Positions 49,601-59,800 of a stretch of 64,000 bases of DNA are shown one piece after another; position 1 is the stretch's first letter, and every line of letters begins with the position of its first letter. Below the pieces are notes generated by a model. That model had not been told where the DNA came from. It did no database searches and worked only from the letters and a program-made list of their open reading frames with translations. This DNA is from Lama guanicoe (Eukaryota). Made by a program: the position numbers and the translations under genes. Location of the stretch: contig MU056303.1 in NCBI GenBank assembly GCA_013239625.1, forward strand, positions 6,504,049 to 6,568,048, written 5' to 3'.

Positions 49601-51846
49601 GTTTTTAAGGGCGGAGGTTGGGTTTGTCCATTCATTCATTCATTCACTCACTCACTCATTCATTCATTCATTCAACAAATGTTCATTAGTGCTTCCTGTG
49701 TGCCGGGCACAGGGCTGGGTACTGAGGATACAATGGAAAACAGGACAAGCATAGTCTTATGTCCTTGGACATAAAGAGAGAGACAAAAGCATGAAAATGT
49801 TCATGTCAACAAAATAATTACAGGTTTTAAATATGCAATGAAAGACATAAGTGAGGGGCTGAGATGCAGGAGATGGGGACCTTCTCGGATAAGGTGGTCC
49901 AGGAAGACTCCAGGAGGTGATTTACCCTGAGACCAGAAGGTTGAAATGGAATTGGTCCTGTGAAAAGTGAAGGGATGGGCATCCTGGGCAGTGGGAACAG
50001 CAAGTGCCAAGGCGCAGAGGTAGGAAAAGGCTTGGTTTCTCCTGTGATCAAAAGGAAGAGCCACATGGCTGGGAGGCAGTGAGCCAGGCAGAGAGGGACC
50101 TTAGGGAGGCCGGAGAGACAGGCTCAGAGGATGCACGGCCTTGGAGTCAGGAAACAATGATTGCCTCTGAAGGGCAAGGAAGTACTTAACTTACTACTTA
50201 ACTTACATTTTCAGAAAATTACTTTTTGGTTGTGGAAAGTGCATTTGAGAGAGGTAAGAATTGAAGCCAGGAGACCAGAGGTGAGGCCATCACAGGCCAC
50301 AGCAGGTGAGGAGGAGATGGTGGCCTGGGCTCAGATAATGACAATGGTACTGGAGAGAAGGAGGTGGGTTCTGTAAACTTCTGAGGCAGGACTTGCTGAA
50401 GGCAGAGAAGGGTAATGAAGGGACAGGGACCTGCCTTCTAGTTTGAGCCACTGCGTGGTTGGTGCAGAGACAGGGAAGACAGCAATGCAACAGGCTGAAG
50501 GCAAGCGAATGAACAAACATCGAAAACGTAGTTTGGGGCATACAAGTCTGTGATGTCTTTGAGACACGGTGAAAAAAGTCAGATGTGAACCCGCAGCTCA
50601 GAGAGGAGATCTGAGCCGGAAATGAGAATCTGGTAGTCGTTGGTGGCACCGCACATGGTCACGTGGCAACGGCGTCCAGCTGGAGCCGACCTCATGGGGC
50701 TGTCACCCGGACAGCTGTTCTGGGGCTGGCCCACCTCCCAGCCTCCTCTCTGGGGCAAGCCTGGTCCACAGGGCCTGGATAGATCTGGAGGTCCTGTGGC
50801 TGGGCCATCGGGCGCTGTGCTGAGCGGGACGCTCACCTCTCTGAGCTCCTCCACGGACGTGGGCTGATAGTACATCTCCGGGCAACAGCCATAGGTCCTC
50901 GCCCAGTTTTGGAATTTGACTCCTTTGTACCCATGGACCTGTGATAGGACAAAAGCTGAGTCACCACCGGGATGCGGCCTCTGGCTGCCTCGACCCCATC
51001 CTGCTGTCCCACTGTTGTAGAGATGGGAGGCCAGGGCCGTGGTCCTGAGCTAGGCTCCTGCTCTGCCCCCATCACCTCTCAGGGCCCCTAGGAAGGGTAA
51101 ACACGCACTGGGAGCTCGTGGCCACGTATGGGGATTCCTGCTACAATCTCCCTCCGCCTCGAGGTCAGGGGGCAGATCACACAGAAAACTCCACCAGTGT
51201 TGGGAAGAGGGTGCAGCCACAGGATACAGGACTGGGGCTCCTGCCCCTCGTCTGAGGGACCCAGCGGAAGGTGTTCCTGGCTGAGTAGGACGAGTGGGGA
51301 AGGGGCTGCGTGGGCTGGTGGGCCAAGAAGAAACAGAACTGGCCTTCAGCTCTCCCAGCAGGCTTCTCCTGCAGGAAAGGGGCACAGCTGGGAGACTCCG
51401 CGGCAGCCTTTCCTGGCACCAAGGCCACAGCGGGGAGCCCTGGGGAAAACACTCCTGTCTGTGCGGCACTGCTGTGTCCCCGGGCACTGTTCTGGGGTCC
51501 TCCACATGTCGTACCCTATTTAGGCCTTATAACAATACCATGAAATCAGTAATACTGCTCTCATTTTCAGGAGTAGAAATGGAAGCCCCGAGAGGTGAAG
51601 TAACTTCCCCAAGCTCACACAGCAACCAAGCAAAGATGCTAGAGTCTAACCCAGGTCTCCCTCTCCCATGCCTTCCCCAACACCCCCAGTGCCTCCCCCA
51701 GAGCCACGAGTCCAATTCAAGAGCTTTCCCGCGGCCTCCCCGTGGCCCCAGACCTGCCCTAATTTTGCCCTCCCAGTCCAGGTTCACTGGCCCAAGCTGG
51801 ACGCAGACCCGCGGGGCTGACCAGCCGTGCCATGTGGCCCTACCAT
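31510..51846 (-). CDS. GULO: L-gulonolactone oxidase, complete intact spliced CDS, 440 aa: complement(join(31510..31638,32369..32459,33920..34084,34927..35076,38285..38361,39143..39250,40929..41114,44431..44521,46472..46566,48006..48131,50837..50938,51844..51846))
   Basis: Starts [22 protein letters not shown]; [15 protein letters not shown] motif with His54; HWAK motif; ends NAYLEKVFY*. 12 GT-AG exons, 1323 nt, no stop or frameshift. Confidence 0.96.
31752..31872. repeat. Degenerate (CA)n purine-pyrimidine repeat in GULO intron 11
   Basis: Read directly. Confidence 0.85.
32369..32459 (-). CDS. GULO: GULO exon 11
   Basis: [30 protein letters not shown]; 91 nt. Confidence 0.96.
32736..32780. 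repeat. (TA)n(TG)n(TA)n compound microsatellite
   Basis: Read directly. Confidence 0.9.
33920..34084 (-). CDS. GULO: GULO exon 10
   Basis: [54 protein letters not shown]; 165 nt. Confidence 0.96.
34927..35076 (-). CDS. GULO: GULO exon 9
   Basis: [19 protein letters not shown]...QHVQDWAIP; 150 nt. Confidence 0.96.
35350..36030 (-). mobile_element. L1 (L1MA/MB-like) 3' region
   Basis: CCCCTGGCAAGCACCATTCTACTTTCTGTCTCTATG...GAGTGGAATTGCTGGGTCAT...CATACTGTTCTCCACAGTGGCTGCA. Confidence 0.8.
36910..37900 (+). mobile_element. Old L1M fragment
   Basis: A-rich sequence with AAACAGGCACTTCACAGAAGAG, GACCCAGGAATCCCACTC and ATGCTCACAGCAATGTTGTTTGTAAC. Confidence 0.65.
38285..38361 (-). CDS. GULO: GULO exon 8
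   Basis: [25 protein letters not shown]; 77 nt; hydrophobic segment. Confidence 0.95.
39143..39250 (-). CDS. GULO: GULO exon 7
   Basis: [36 protein letters not shown]; 108 nt. Confidence 0.96.
39520..39660. mobile_element. MIR core (one of many MIR/L2 scraps, e.g. near 12740, 47570, 49260 and 55650)
   Basis: GGCAAGT...CCTCAGTTT...CTGTAAAATGGGG...TAACAGTACCTA...GATTAAATG. Confidence 0.65.
40480..40668. repeat. (TCCA)n degenerate tetranucleotide repeat
   Basis: Read directly. Confidence 0.9.
40929..41114 (-). CDS. GULO: GULO exon 6
   Basis: [18 protein letters not shown]...FPSTLRE; 186 nt. Confidence 0.96.
42282..42442 (+). mobile_element. Same tRNA-Ala-derived SINE, in GULO intron 5
   Basis: GGTAGCTCAGTGGTAGAGCGCATGCTCAGCATGCACAAGGTCCTGGGTTCAATCCCCAGC, AATTACC body and A-rich tail. 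Confidence 0.85.
44431..44521 (-). CDS. GULO: GULO exon 5
   Basis: [30 protein letters not shown]; 91 nt. Confidence 0.95.
46472..46566 (-). CDS. GULO: GULO exon 4
   Basis: [31 protein letters not shown]; 95 nt. Confidence 0.95.
48006..48131 (-). CDS. GULO: GULO exon 3 (covalent FAD His codon at 48075-48077)
   Basis: [42 protein letters not shown]; 126 nt. Confidence 0.96.
49620..50640. mobile_element. L2 relic with (TCAT)n tail
   Basis: CATTCATTCAACAAATGTTCATTAGTGC...TGTGCCGGGCAC followed by purine-rich L2-like body. Confidence 0.6.
50837..50938 (-). CDS. GULO: GULO exon 2
   Basis: [34 protein letters not shown]; 102 nt. Confidence 0.96.
51844..51846 (-). CDS. GULO: GULO exon 1 coding part (ATG only; 5' UTR extends to higher coordinates)
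   Basis: Minus strand reads accactggagccATG|gtaggg, giving a phase-0 join to VHGYKG. Confidence 0.8.
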
Positions 51847-53113
51847 GGCTCCAGTGGTGGGTCAGTGGCCTTGGCTGACTCCGGCTTCCTCCGGGAACAG
51901 GGCACAGGGCAGCGGGACTGGAGCTGACCGCACGGTGACAGTGACTGCAGAAGCTCAGGGCTGAGTCCACAGCGGCCACACGGAGGGGCTTTGGGCCTCA
52001 GCAGAGGTGAGTAAACAGTGTGACGACAGGCTCCACCCAGACAAACAGCAGCCCAGGCCTGCCCCTGCCCCCAGCCCCTCTTAGGCAGAAAGGTAGATAG
52101 GCAGTGTTTGCAGGGTGGCTGCTGTCTTCCTGAAAACTGTTGAGTTCTGACCCCAAGTCAAGGCATCCTGGAGCCAAAGGACCCCTGGTCTCGACACTGG
52201 GTCCTTCACCGTAGGTCAGGGGAGTCAGAGCTGGGGGCTGAATACACCAGCTGCTCACTGCTACAAGGAGACGGAACAGGATGCTGGTGGCTACAGCACA
52301 GGTCGGGGGACAGGTGACACTCAGCCCAGGCAGAGTCTTCTAGCTGAGGTCTTCTTGTTCCCAGGCCTTAGGGCAGACAGACCGGGGATCCTCTTCCATG
52401 CTTTGATGGTTAACTTCTGTGAACCTCAGTTTTCCCTTCCAGAAAGTGGGGGCACTAATTCTCCGGGTGGGCATAAAGGTTAGAGCAGACACACGAGACA
52501 CAGTCAGAGCTTGAAATGGTATCAAGCTCTTGTATCCGCCCCCAGCTTCAAGCTCGCTGTGGCAGGTTCCTTGGGACATTTCTGTCCACATCTCCACCTT
52601 TTGGCTCAGTGCCTGGCACAGAGCTGGCCACCAAGGCACATTTGTGCAACAAACAGATTAATAAATCACTGAACGTCTTGACTTATCAGATCTCTGTGAG
52701 CCGAGAGCCGGCGTCTAGTGGGAAGTGTGAGCAAGAACTGGAGTTTTGGAGGAAAGGCTGAGTTGGAGGAGTGGAGCTTGGGGTCAGATACACACGTGAG
52801 ACGTCCTGGAATGGGGGTGGGGGGTCTGGGTTACACCTGTGTCCCCCAGGCCAGGATCTCCACCAGCTGCCAGGTGCATACGTGTGTGTGCGCGCGTGCT
52901 CGTGTGTGTGTGCACGTGTGTGTAGGATCATAGCCCCCAGCCACAAACATTCATACTGAGGCGGGTGGCGGCTGCGTGCTCCCCACAGGGGAATCCCAGC
53001 CAGCGGACACTGCTGTTTGTGACCACGTAGCAATGGCTCATCAGCAGAGAGGTGAGTCCCGGGGACGGGCGAGGACTCTGCAGAGCAGGGCCACGGAGAG
53101 GGGCCGGCACCCA

Positions 53114-53495
53114 CATTACGGGCTGACTTATGCCCCCCCCCAACCAAGTTCCTGTGTTGAAGCCCTAAACCCCATGACCTCAGAACGTGACTGTATTTGG
53201 AGATTGGTTTTTAGAGGTAATAAAGTTAAAATAAATTCATTAGGACGGGCCCTGACCCAGTATGACCGTGTCTGGACGAGAAGAGATTAGGACAGACACA
53301 CAGACGGAAAGCCATGCGGACCCGGGGGAAGACGGCCATCTACAAGCCGGAGAGAGAGAGGCCACAGGAGAAGCCAAGCCCGCCTGCCGCCTGCTTGGTC
53401 TCGGACTTCCAGCCTCCGGAGCTGCGCGAAAACAAATGTCTGTTGTTGAAGCCACTCAGTCTGTGGTTCTGTGTTGTGGCCACCCGAGCACAGTG
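53114..53495 (+). mobile_element. MLT1 (MaLR) LTR about 1.2 kb upstream of GULO exon 1
   Basis: GTTGAAGCCCTAAACCCC...GTGACTGTATTTGGAGAT...GGACTTCCAGCCTCC...GTTGTTGAAGCCACTCAGTCTGTGG. Confidence 0.8.
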
Positions 53496-56364
53496 TCCGC
53501 AAGGCCCTGGGCTGGGGTCTCCACCGGGATCCCTTGTGAGAGAGAGAGGGGCAAGGCCTCTGGCCGCTGTTTCCCTGGGGCAGTCCCTGTTGGGCGTCAG
53601 GGCCCGTGCCCCCCAAGGCTGCCAGCTCCATTACCCGGGGGGAGAGACCGGGGCCACCTCCCTGTAGAACCTCGGACTCCCTGCCTGGGAGAGGGAGGGC
53701 CAGCTGGGGGATGGAGAAAACACTGATCAGGTTGGCCACTGTCCCTTCTCCATCCTGGAAGGGGGCCCAGGGGCTGGGGCCACCAGATGGGGTGGAGTGA
53801 GCATCAAGCCAGGAGAGCAAAGAGGCCCACGGCAAGGAGCGGGGGCAGTGCCGAGGGACCACGTGATGTCACTCCAAAGAAATAACCTGTTTCCCACTCA
53901 CCCCCAAGCCCCGTCCCCACAACTTCTGGCAAAGCGTATCCTGCTCCCACCCACAAATGCCCCTTTAACTACAGTGGAAGCCAAGTTTTCCCCTCTGGGT
54001 GAATGCATTTGGAGCCAGGACATTGCAGAAGCCGGGTGCGGTGGGCGTGGGTGAGCCTGGGCTGTGCCCCAGAACTGCCAGGGGCTCCCTTCCCTCCCGG
54101 AGCCTGGGGTCGCACACCGGGCTTCCTTCCCTCACCGTGTGCTACTGCCCTTGCAGGGAGCACCTCCTCCCTCTCCTCCAAGGCAGTCACATCAATTCTA
54201 TAAATTGCCTTTATTGAAAAGAAGTAAAATGGCATGAAGAGAAATACAAAAATCAGCAAAAATGGTGTTTATCAGTTAATCCAGTCTGCACTGCCACCCT
54301 CTCGTGGTCTGAGGTCGATGGTTTATTGCTTATTTCCTCCTGTCTGAAGGACTCCGCTTGTTCGATGATTGCTGAGTCGTAACTTTTTCAAGCATTTGTT
54401 GGCAAGGGACGCTAATGTTAGCATCTCAGTGGTCACAGAGCTTTTCTATCTCTTCCCTTTCTGTGCTTGTTAATCAGTGGAAATGAGTCCTTAATATACA
54501 ATTTGTACGTGGTAACTTAACACATTGCCCGGAAACACTGTGAACATTGGATTTTAATGTTTAATGATTTCTGATCTGCAGATATCACTTCCTTGTCCCA
54601 CTCAGCCAGCTCATTCTCTTTAAAAACAGCAGATGTAGGGCATAAAGTTCATTCAGAGGGGGTGACACTGAAACACCTCCCGCCTCTCGGAGTTCTTTTT
54701 CCATCCGAATCCAGGATAATGGATGGAGACACTGACTGAATAGTCCAGTCTCCTCAGTGGCAGCAAAGATTACCGTCTGGGGGCGTTCTCTGGAATTTGC
54801 TCGCTTTGACTTGCATCAACAGAGAATTATTGTCTTCTGAATGCTGACATACGTCAAACAGTCGCACAGGTTCCCCACGGGTGTGCGGGTGTGAGTGAGT
54901 GTGGGGTCAGCCACACCTCTTTTAAAAAACGGCTATTTCCCGGGGCAGAGGTAACACATATGTTATTTATACCCTTTGTAGTCCTGAAATATAAAACATT
55001 TTGAAATCAAATCAACTTGAACTTACTTTAAACAAATTGTACTTAAAATGGCATCTGAAAAGTATTTTCGGGGAATGACCTAAAAAGACCTTTTCCAGTC
55101 GAGTTTTTTTTTTATGACCTTCAATCTCGTGTGACTGGTGATATTTTTGTTGTGATGCTATGAACTTGGTTCACCGGCACTTCCTGGCCAGAAGAGTAGC
55201 ATTTCTGAGCATTTGAATGGGCCAGGGAGGTTACTGGGTGGAATCTTGGAAACTGAGGCAGGCCGAGAAGGTCTGTTTCCTTGTGCTTTTTCTGATGAAA
55301 GATGTTCTAAGATTCTTCTTTCCTTTCTTCCAACCGCTCCTGTACAGATAAGCCTGGGCGTTGTTAGCAAAATTATGTTGTCTGGCTTGTGTAGCCATTT
55401 CCCCGGGACACACATTTATTTTTCAAATGAGCCCTTTCATTCTCAGATCCACAAGGCAGGAGGTGGTGGGGGGGTGGCTGCGAGAGTAACACCCTCTGAG
55501 GCCCCATCCTGGGAGAAACTGGAAATCTCACGGCCAGAACTTGCGGAGCACACGGTCTGCACCAGGCTCCATCCGCGGGCCCCGTCTGCATTCCCTCAAC
55601 ACTCATTTCATACTCACAATCACCCATGAGTTCAGTGCTAGTCATGTCCCTGTTTTATAGGAAAGGAAACTGAGGCCTAGGAAACCCTTTCTCGAGGTCA
55701 CCCCATGGTGAGCAGTGGAGCAGGGGTTTGGCCTGGGTGGTTTGACTCCAGATTCAAAAAGGAAAAGAGATTTGGAAGAAGGGGTTCGGCCTGTGGAACC
55801 AGACAGCATGTGTCTGAACCTAGACTCCTCCCCCAGCTGGCCAAGTGACCTGGGCAAGTTATCTGAACCTCAGTTTTCCCATCTGTTAAATGGGAAGGAT
55901 AAGACATGGTGCGTGTAGGGCTCCAGGCACACAGAGGTATTTAATAATGAGAGCAGCTAACATTTCTAACCTGCCCCTTGCTTTCTGCACACACTTGGAG
56001 TTATGTAACATTTTGCTTGGTTGATTTACACTCATCATAATTCAGAATTCAGCCTGGAGACACCACCTCGCCCACAAGCTTTCTCTGCAGAACGTGCAGC
56101 AAGGGAGGCGAGCGTATGTCCACGGGCGCACCATGCGAAGGGAGCGGGCAGACAGGGTGCGTGGCCACACGTGGCTAGTGGCCACTCTGTCCAACAGCAC
56201 AAAATAGACCAGAAAGTTCCACAGGACAGCTCTGATCTAGGCCATGCAGAGCCTCACAGACTCCAGAACAGAGGGAAACGTGCTCATTCAGTCGGGACAC
56301 TTTCTTAGAACAATCACCTGCTTTCCTCCCAAGGACACAAACGACAGTTATCACAGTTGTTAAC

Positions 56365-56370
56365 TTTATT
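56365..56370 (-). terminator. EPHX2 poly(A) signal
   Basis: AATAAA on the minus strand, about 380 nt after the stop. Confidence 0.7.
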
Positions 56371-56748
56371 GAATAAAGGAGTCCCAGTCTGCTGAAATGC
56401 TCCCAGATTGCTGATTTTGCATCATCAAATCGATAAACTGATTAGTCAAAGAAAAATCACCCCCTGGCCATCCCATTCCATCCCCCACTGATCACTAATC
56501 ATTTTTAGAGATAAAGCGATGCATTCATATCCAGAAAATTCATCACACGTGACTTTCCGTGTGTCTCAAATTATGTCAAATTTGACTCATTTCATTGAAA
56601 GAAAATCACTCTTTGCTGCAAACTCCTTCAGAACAACGCTGCTGGTTATGAGATGAGGGAAGGCCCCGTCCGGGTACCAGAGCAGCGCCCCAGCAGGTGA
56701 AGCGGCTGGAGCACCTGCTGGGGGCTGGGGGCTGACACAAGCCACACC

Positions 56749-56827
56749 CTACAGCTTTGAGACCACCGGTGGGTCCCTGGCATCAGTCTCCAGCCACTCA
56801 ATGAGGATCCGATTTAACTCGGTGGGC
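56749..56827 (-). CDS. EPHX2: EPHX2 last exon coding part, ending SKL-stop
   Basis: tttccag|G CCC ACC GAG...TCA AAG CTG TAG. Confidence 0.94.
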
Positions 56828-59800
56828 CTGGAAAGGGAATAGAAGGCAATTCACACCTGTCTGGACCCACTCACCTCACTCACACAGAGGCAGAGGTGGC
56901 CAAGCAAGCGGCTTATTGGAGGTGAATGGGGGCTCCTGAGGTCCCCCACGCAGGGACCCCCCATCTCCTTACTTCTCCGTCTGTGTCCAGTGTCCACAAT
57001 CATTAATGTGTCCCCTTTTCAGATGGGGGATCTGGAAGAAAACCCCACCCAGAAAGGTAAATGGCAGAAGACAAATGGCCTGGTTTCAGGTTACCAGTGT
57101 GACAGAGACCCCTGTGAGCAGGTCACTTCTTCTCTGCTCCCCCTGGGCCAGTCCCCTAAAAATGCTGCATTATTCAGGAAAGGAATGACCACCGACTGAG
57201 CTCCTACTATGTGCTGGGTGCCCCACATGCATTGCCTTAGTTAACCTTGATCAGGATCCTGTGAGTAATAGGAAGGCTCAGAGAGGTTAGGTAACTAGCC
57301 CAAGGCCACACAGAAGGGCTGAGCTAAGATTCAAATCTGGGCTGACCCATACTCATCACAACGGACTGCCTCCCTTGAGAACCATTAGGACTCCGCCCAT
57401 TCACTGCCCGTCCCCTTCCTGGGCTGCCTCCCTCCTCCTGGTCTGTGTGCCAGGCTGTCCGGCCTCCCTTTTGGAACCTAAATCCCCAAAGTGGGTCACA
57501 GTCCTTCCTTGACTGGCTCTGCAGCTGTCCTTGGCAGCATCCCTGGAAATGCACTCTCTGCCACGCCACGTGAGGCTACAAAGCCACGGTCAAGGGCAGA
57601 CGGATGCTCCCAGCATCCACTTGCAGGCCTCTCCATCCCTAGCAACCTCCATGCTTTCCGCCGAATGCGCTTTCAACCCGCAGGTTGGACACCTGTCACA
57701 CTCCCCTTCGACGGCCCCCACGCCCATGGGTCCACACAGCTCAGGCCGGCCCAGCAGGCTCAGCAAAGCCTCCCAGCCGCATTAGCGTCCTGTGTCCTCT
57801 GAGCTCTCTCATCCATCCTTGCTTTTCCTCAGCCTGTCTCTCTCTCTGCCAGGCACAACTTGGGAGTTCATCCGGGCCAGGGGCAGTGGCCAGCACCTCT
57901 GTGACGCCCTCGCTCCCAGCCGTGCCCTCGTCTGCACCACCCTCCTGCCTGTGGGGTTAACTGCTGGACGGCGGGCTCCTGTGGGGCGGGGTCTGTACCG
58001 TATCACCTCCCTGGTACACAGCACTGACCCAACTCATCTCAGGCAAGTGGCCCAACCCAAAATCCCACTCTGCATCCTCACAGGCACCGGTGTCCTCTTC
58101 GAGGAAGCACTGATGACCCCGGGGCAGGACCACTCCCTTACCCAGTCCTCCATATGCTTGGACAGCTCAGGAACAAGCACAAAGTCCTTCTCCACGGTGA
58201 CCATCAGGGCCGGAATCAGGATCTGGGGAAGGATAACGGAAGTAGGAGCAGCCGGAAGGGGGAAGAGACGGTCTCTTCTGGAGCCCTCGGCACCCGGGCC
58301 CTCCCTCACCCGGGCAAGGGGATATTCTTTATGTTCACGCCCTCCGGGTGGCTTCCTTCACTATTAACTGTCCCTCAAAAGACCCCCACAGCACCCCGGT
58401 GGTCTGGCTTTGCTTCCATCATGCTTTGTACGGAGGAGGCATCAGTGTAACTGAAGGTCTGAAGGGCTGGGGAGATTGAGAGGTAGAAACTGTCAGGTAT
58501 GAAAGAAGCTACAGGGACTTATTGTACCACATGGGGATTACAGCCAAGATTTTATAATAACTGTAAGTGGAGCATAATCTTTAAAAATTGTGAACCACTA
58601 TATTGTGCCCCTGTGACTTATATATTGTACAGCAACTATACTTCAATAAAAAGAAAGAAAGAAAAAAATGCTGACAGATTTAAAAAAAATTTTTTTAATA
58701 AAATGATGGTGTGAGAGATTAGAAAATGTCTATCTTCGTCTCTGTCCCCGGTTCCCAGCACAGAGCTCCTGAAACCCTTGTAAGTTCCTAAGTGACAAGA
58801 GCACTAAGAGCATCTTTCGTTCTAACGAGGTGACGCCGCGGGGCTCCTGGATGGGCGCTGGCGGCCAGAAAGCGCAAGCCACGGTTAGAAGCTTGGAATT
58901 TTCAGCCACCCCTCCCCCGCCTTGGAAGGGGAGAGGGGAAAAGGGCTGGAAACGGAGTTAATAATTGATCGAGTCTCCATAAAAATTCATACAATTTCAG
59001 TAGGTTGGAGCTCGGAGAGCTTCCAGGTTGGTGAACTCATCCACACCAGGAGGGGAGCACACCCCCGCTGCGTGGGGACAGAAGCTCCTGGGCTGGGGAC
59101 CCTCCCAGACCTCACCCGATGTGTCTCCTCATCTGGTGGTTCACGTTTAATAAGCTGGTAAACATAAGTGTTTCCTCACAGTTCTGTGACCTGCCCTAGC
59201 AAATTAACGGACCCAAGGAGGGGGTCCTGGGAACCTCAGAGTTACAGCCAATCGGTTGGAAGTGCAGGTAAGAACCTGGACTTGGGACTGGCATCTGAAT
59301 TGGAGCGCAGTCCTGCAGGACTGAGACCTTAGCCTGTGGGAGCTGGCGCTGTCACCAAAGAGATACTGTCAGAACTGAGTTATGCCGTAGGGCATCCAGC
59401 GAGTGTCGCAGAGAATTGCCTGGTGGTGTGGGAAACCCCACACACACTTGGTGACAAGGAGCGTCAGAAGGCCAGTGTTTTGTGTGAAAGTAAAGGAGGC
59501 ACACAAAAGGAAAGGACTGGGTTTTCTCACGGGGACAGATTCAGCCGTGAAGTGAGCACAGAGTGTGTGTGTGCGCGTGTAAGTAAGAGCACGTGTGTGG
59601 CCCGCTCTGTGTGACTGATGTTCGTGGGACCAGACAGCTCCAGAAAGGAGGAAAGATGCCCTTGGATGGAGATTAACATTCCTTTTCTTCGAATGAAGTG
59701 GATGCCTGACAAGAGCAGCTGGCGTGTGACTGGGCTGACCACACCGTTATCAGTGTGACATTAAAGGCAGCAAAAAAGGCTCCACTTTTATCTGCTGATA

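Noticed and set aside
51536-51545. Alternative GULO start exon (ATG|gtattg on the minus strand)
   Set aside because: Weaker donor and Kozak context in MIR-like sequence; the 51844-51846 site (gccATG|gtaggg) fits better.
55185-55340. Possible ADAM-type terminal exons in the GULO-EPHX2 spacer
   Set aside because: Acceptor-like AGs exist, but the following peptides are short and unrecognisable.
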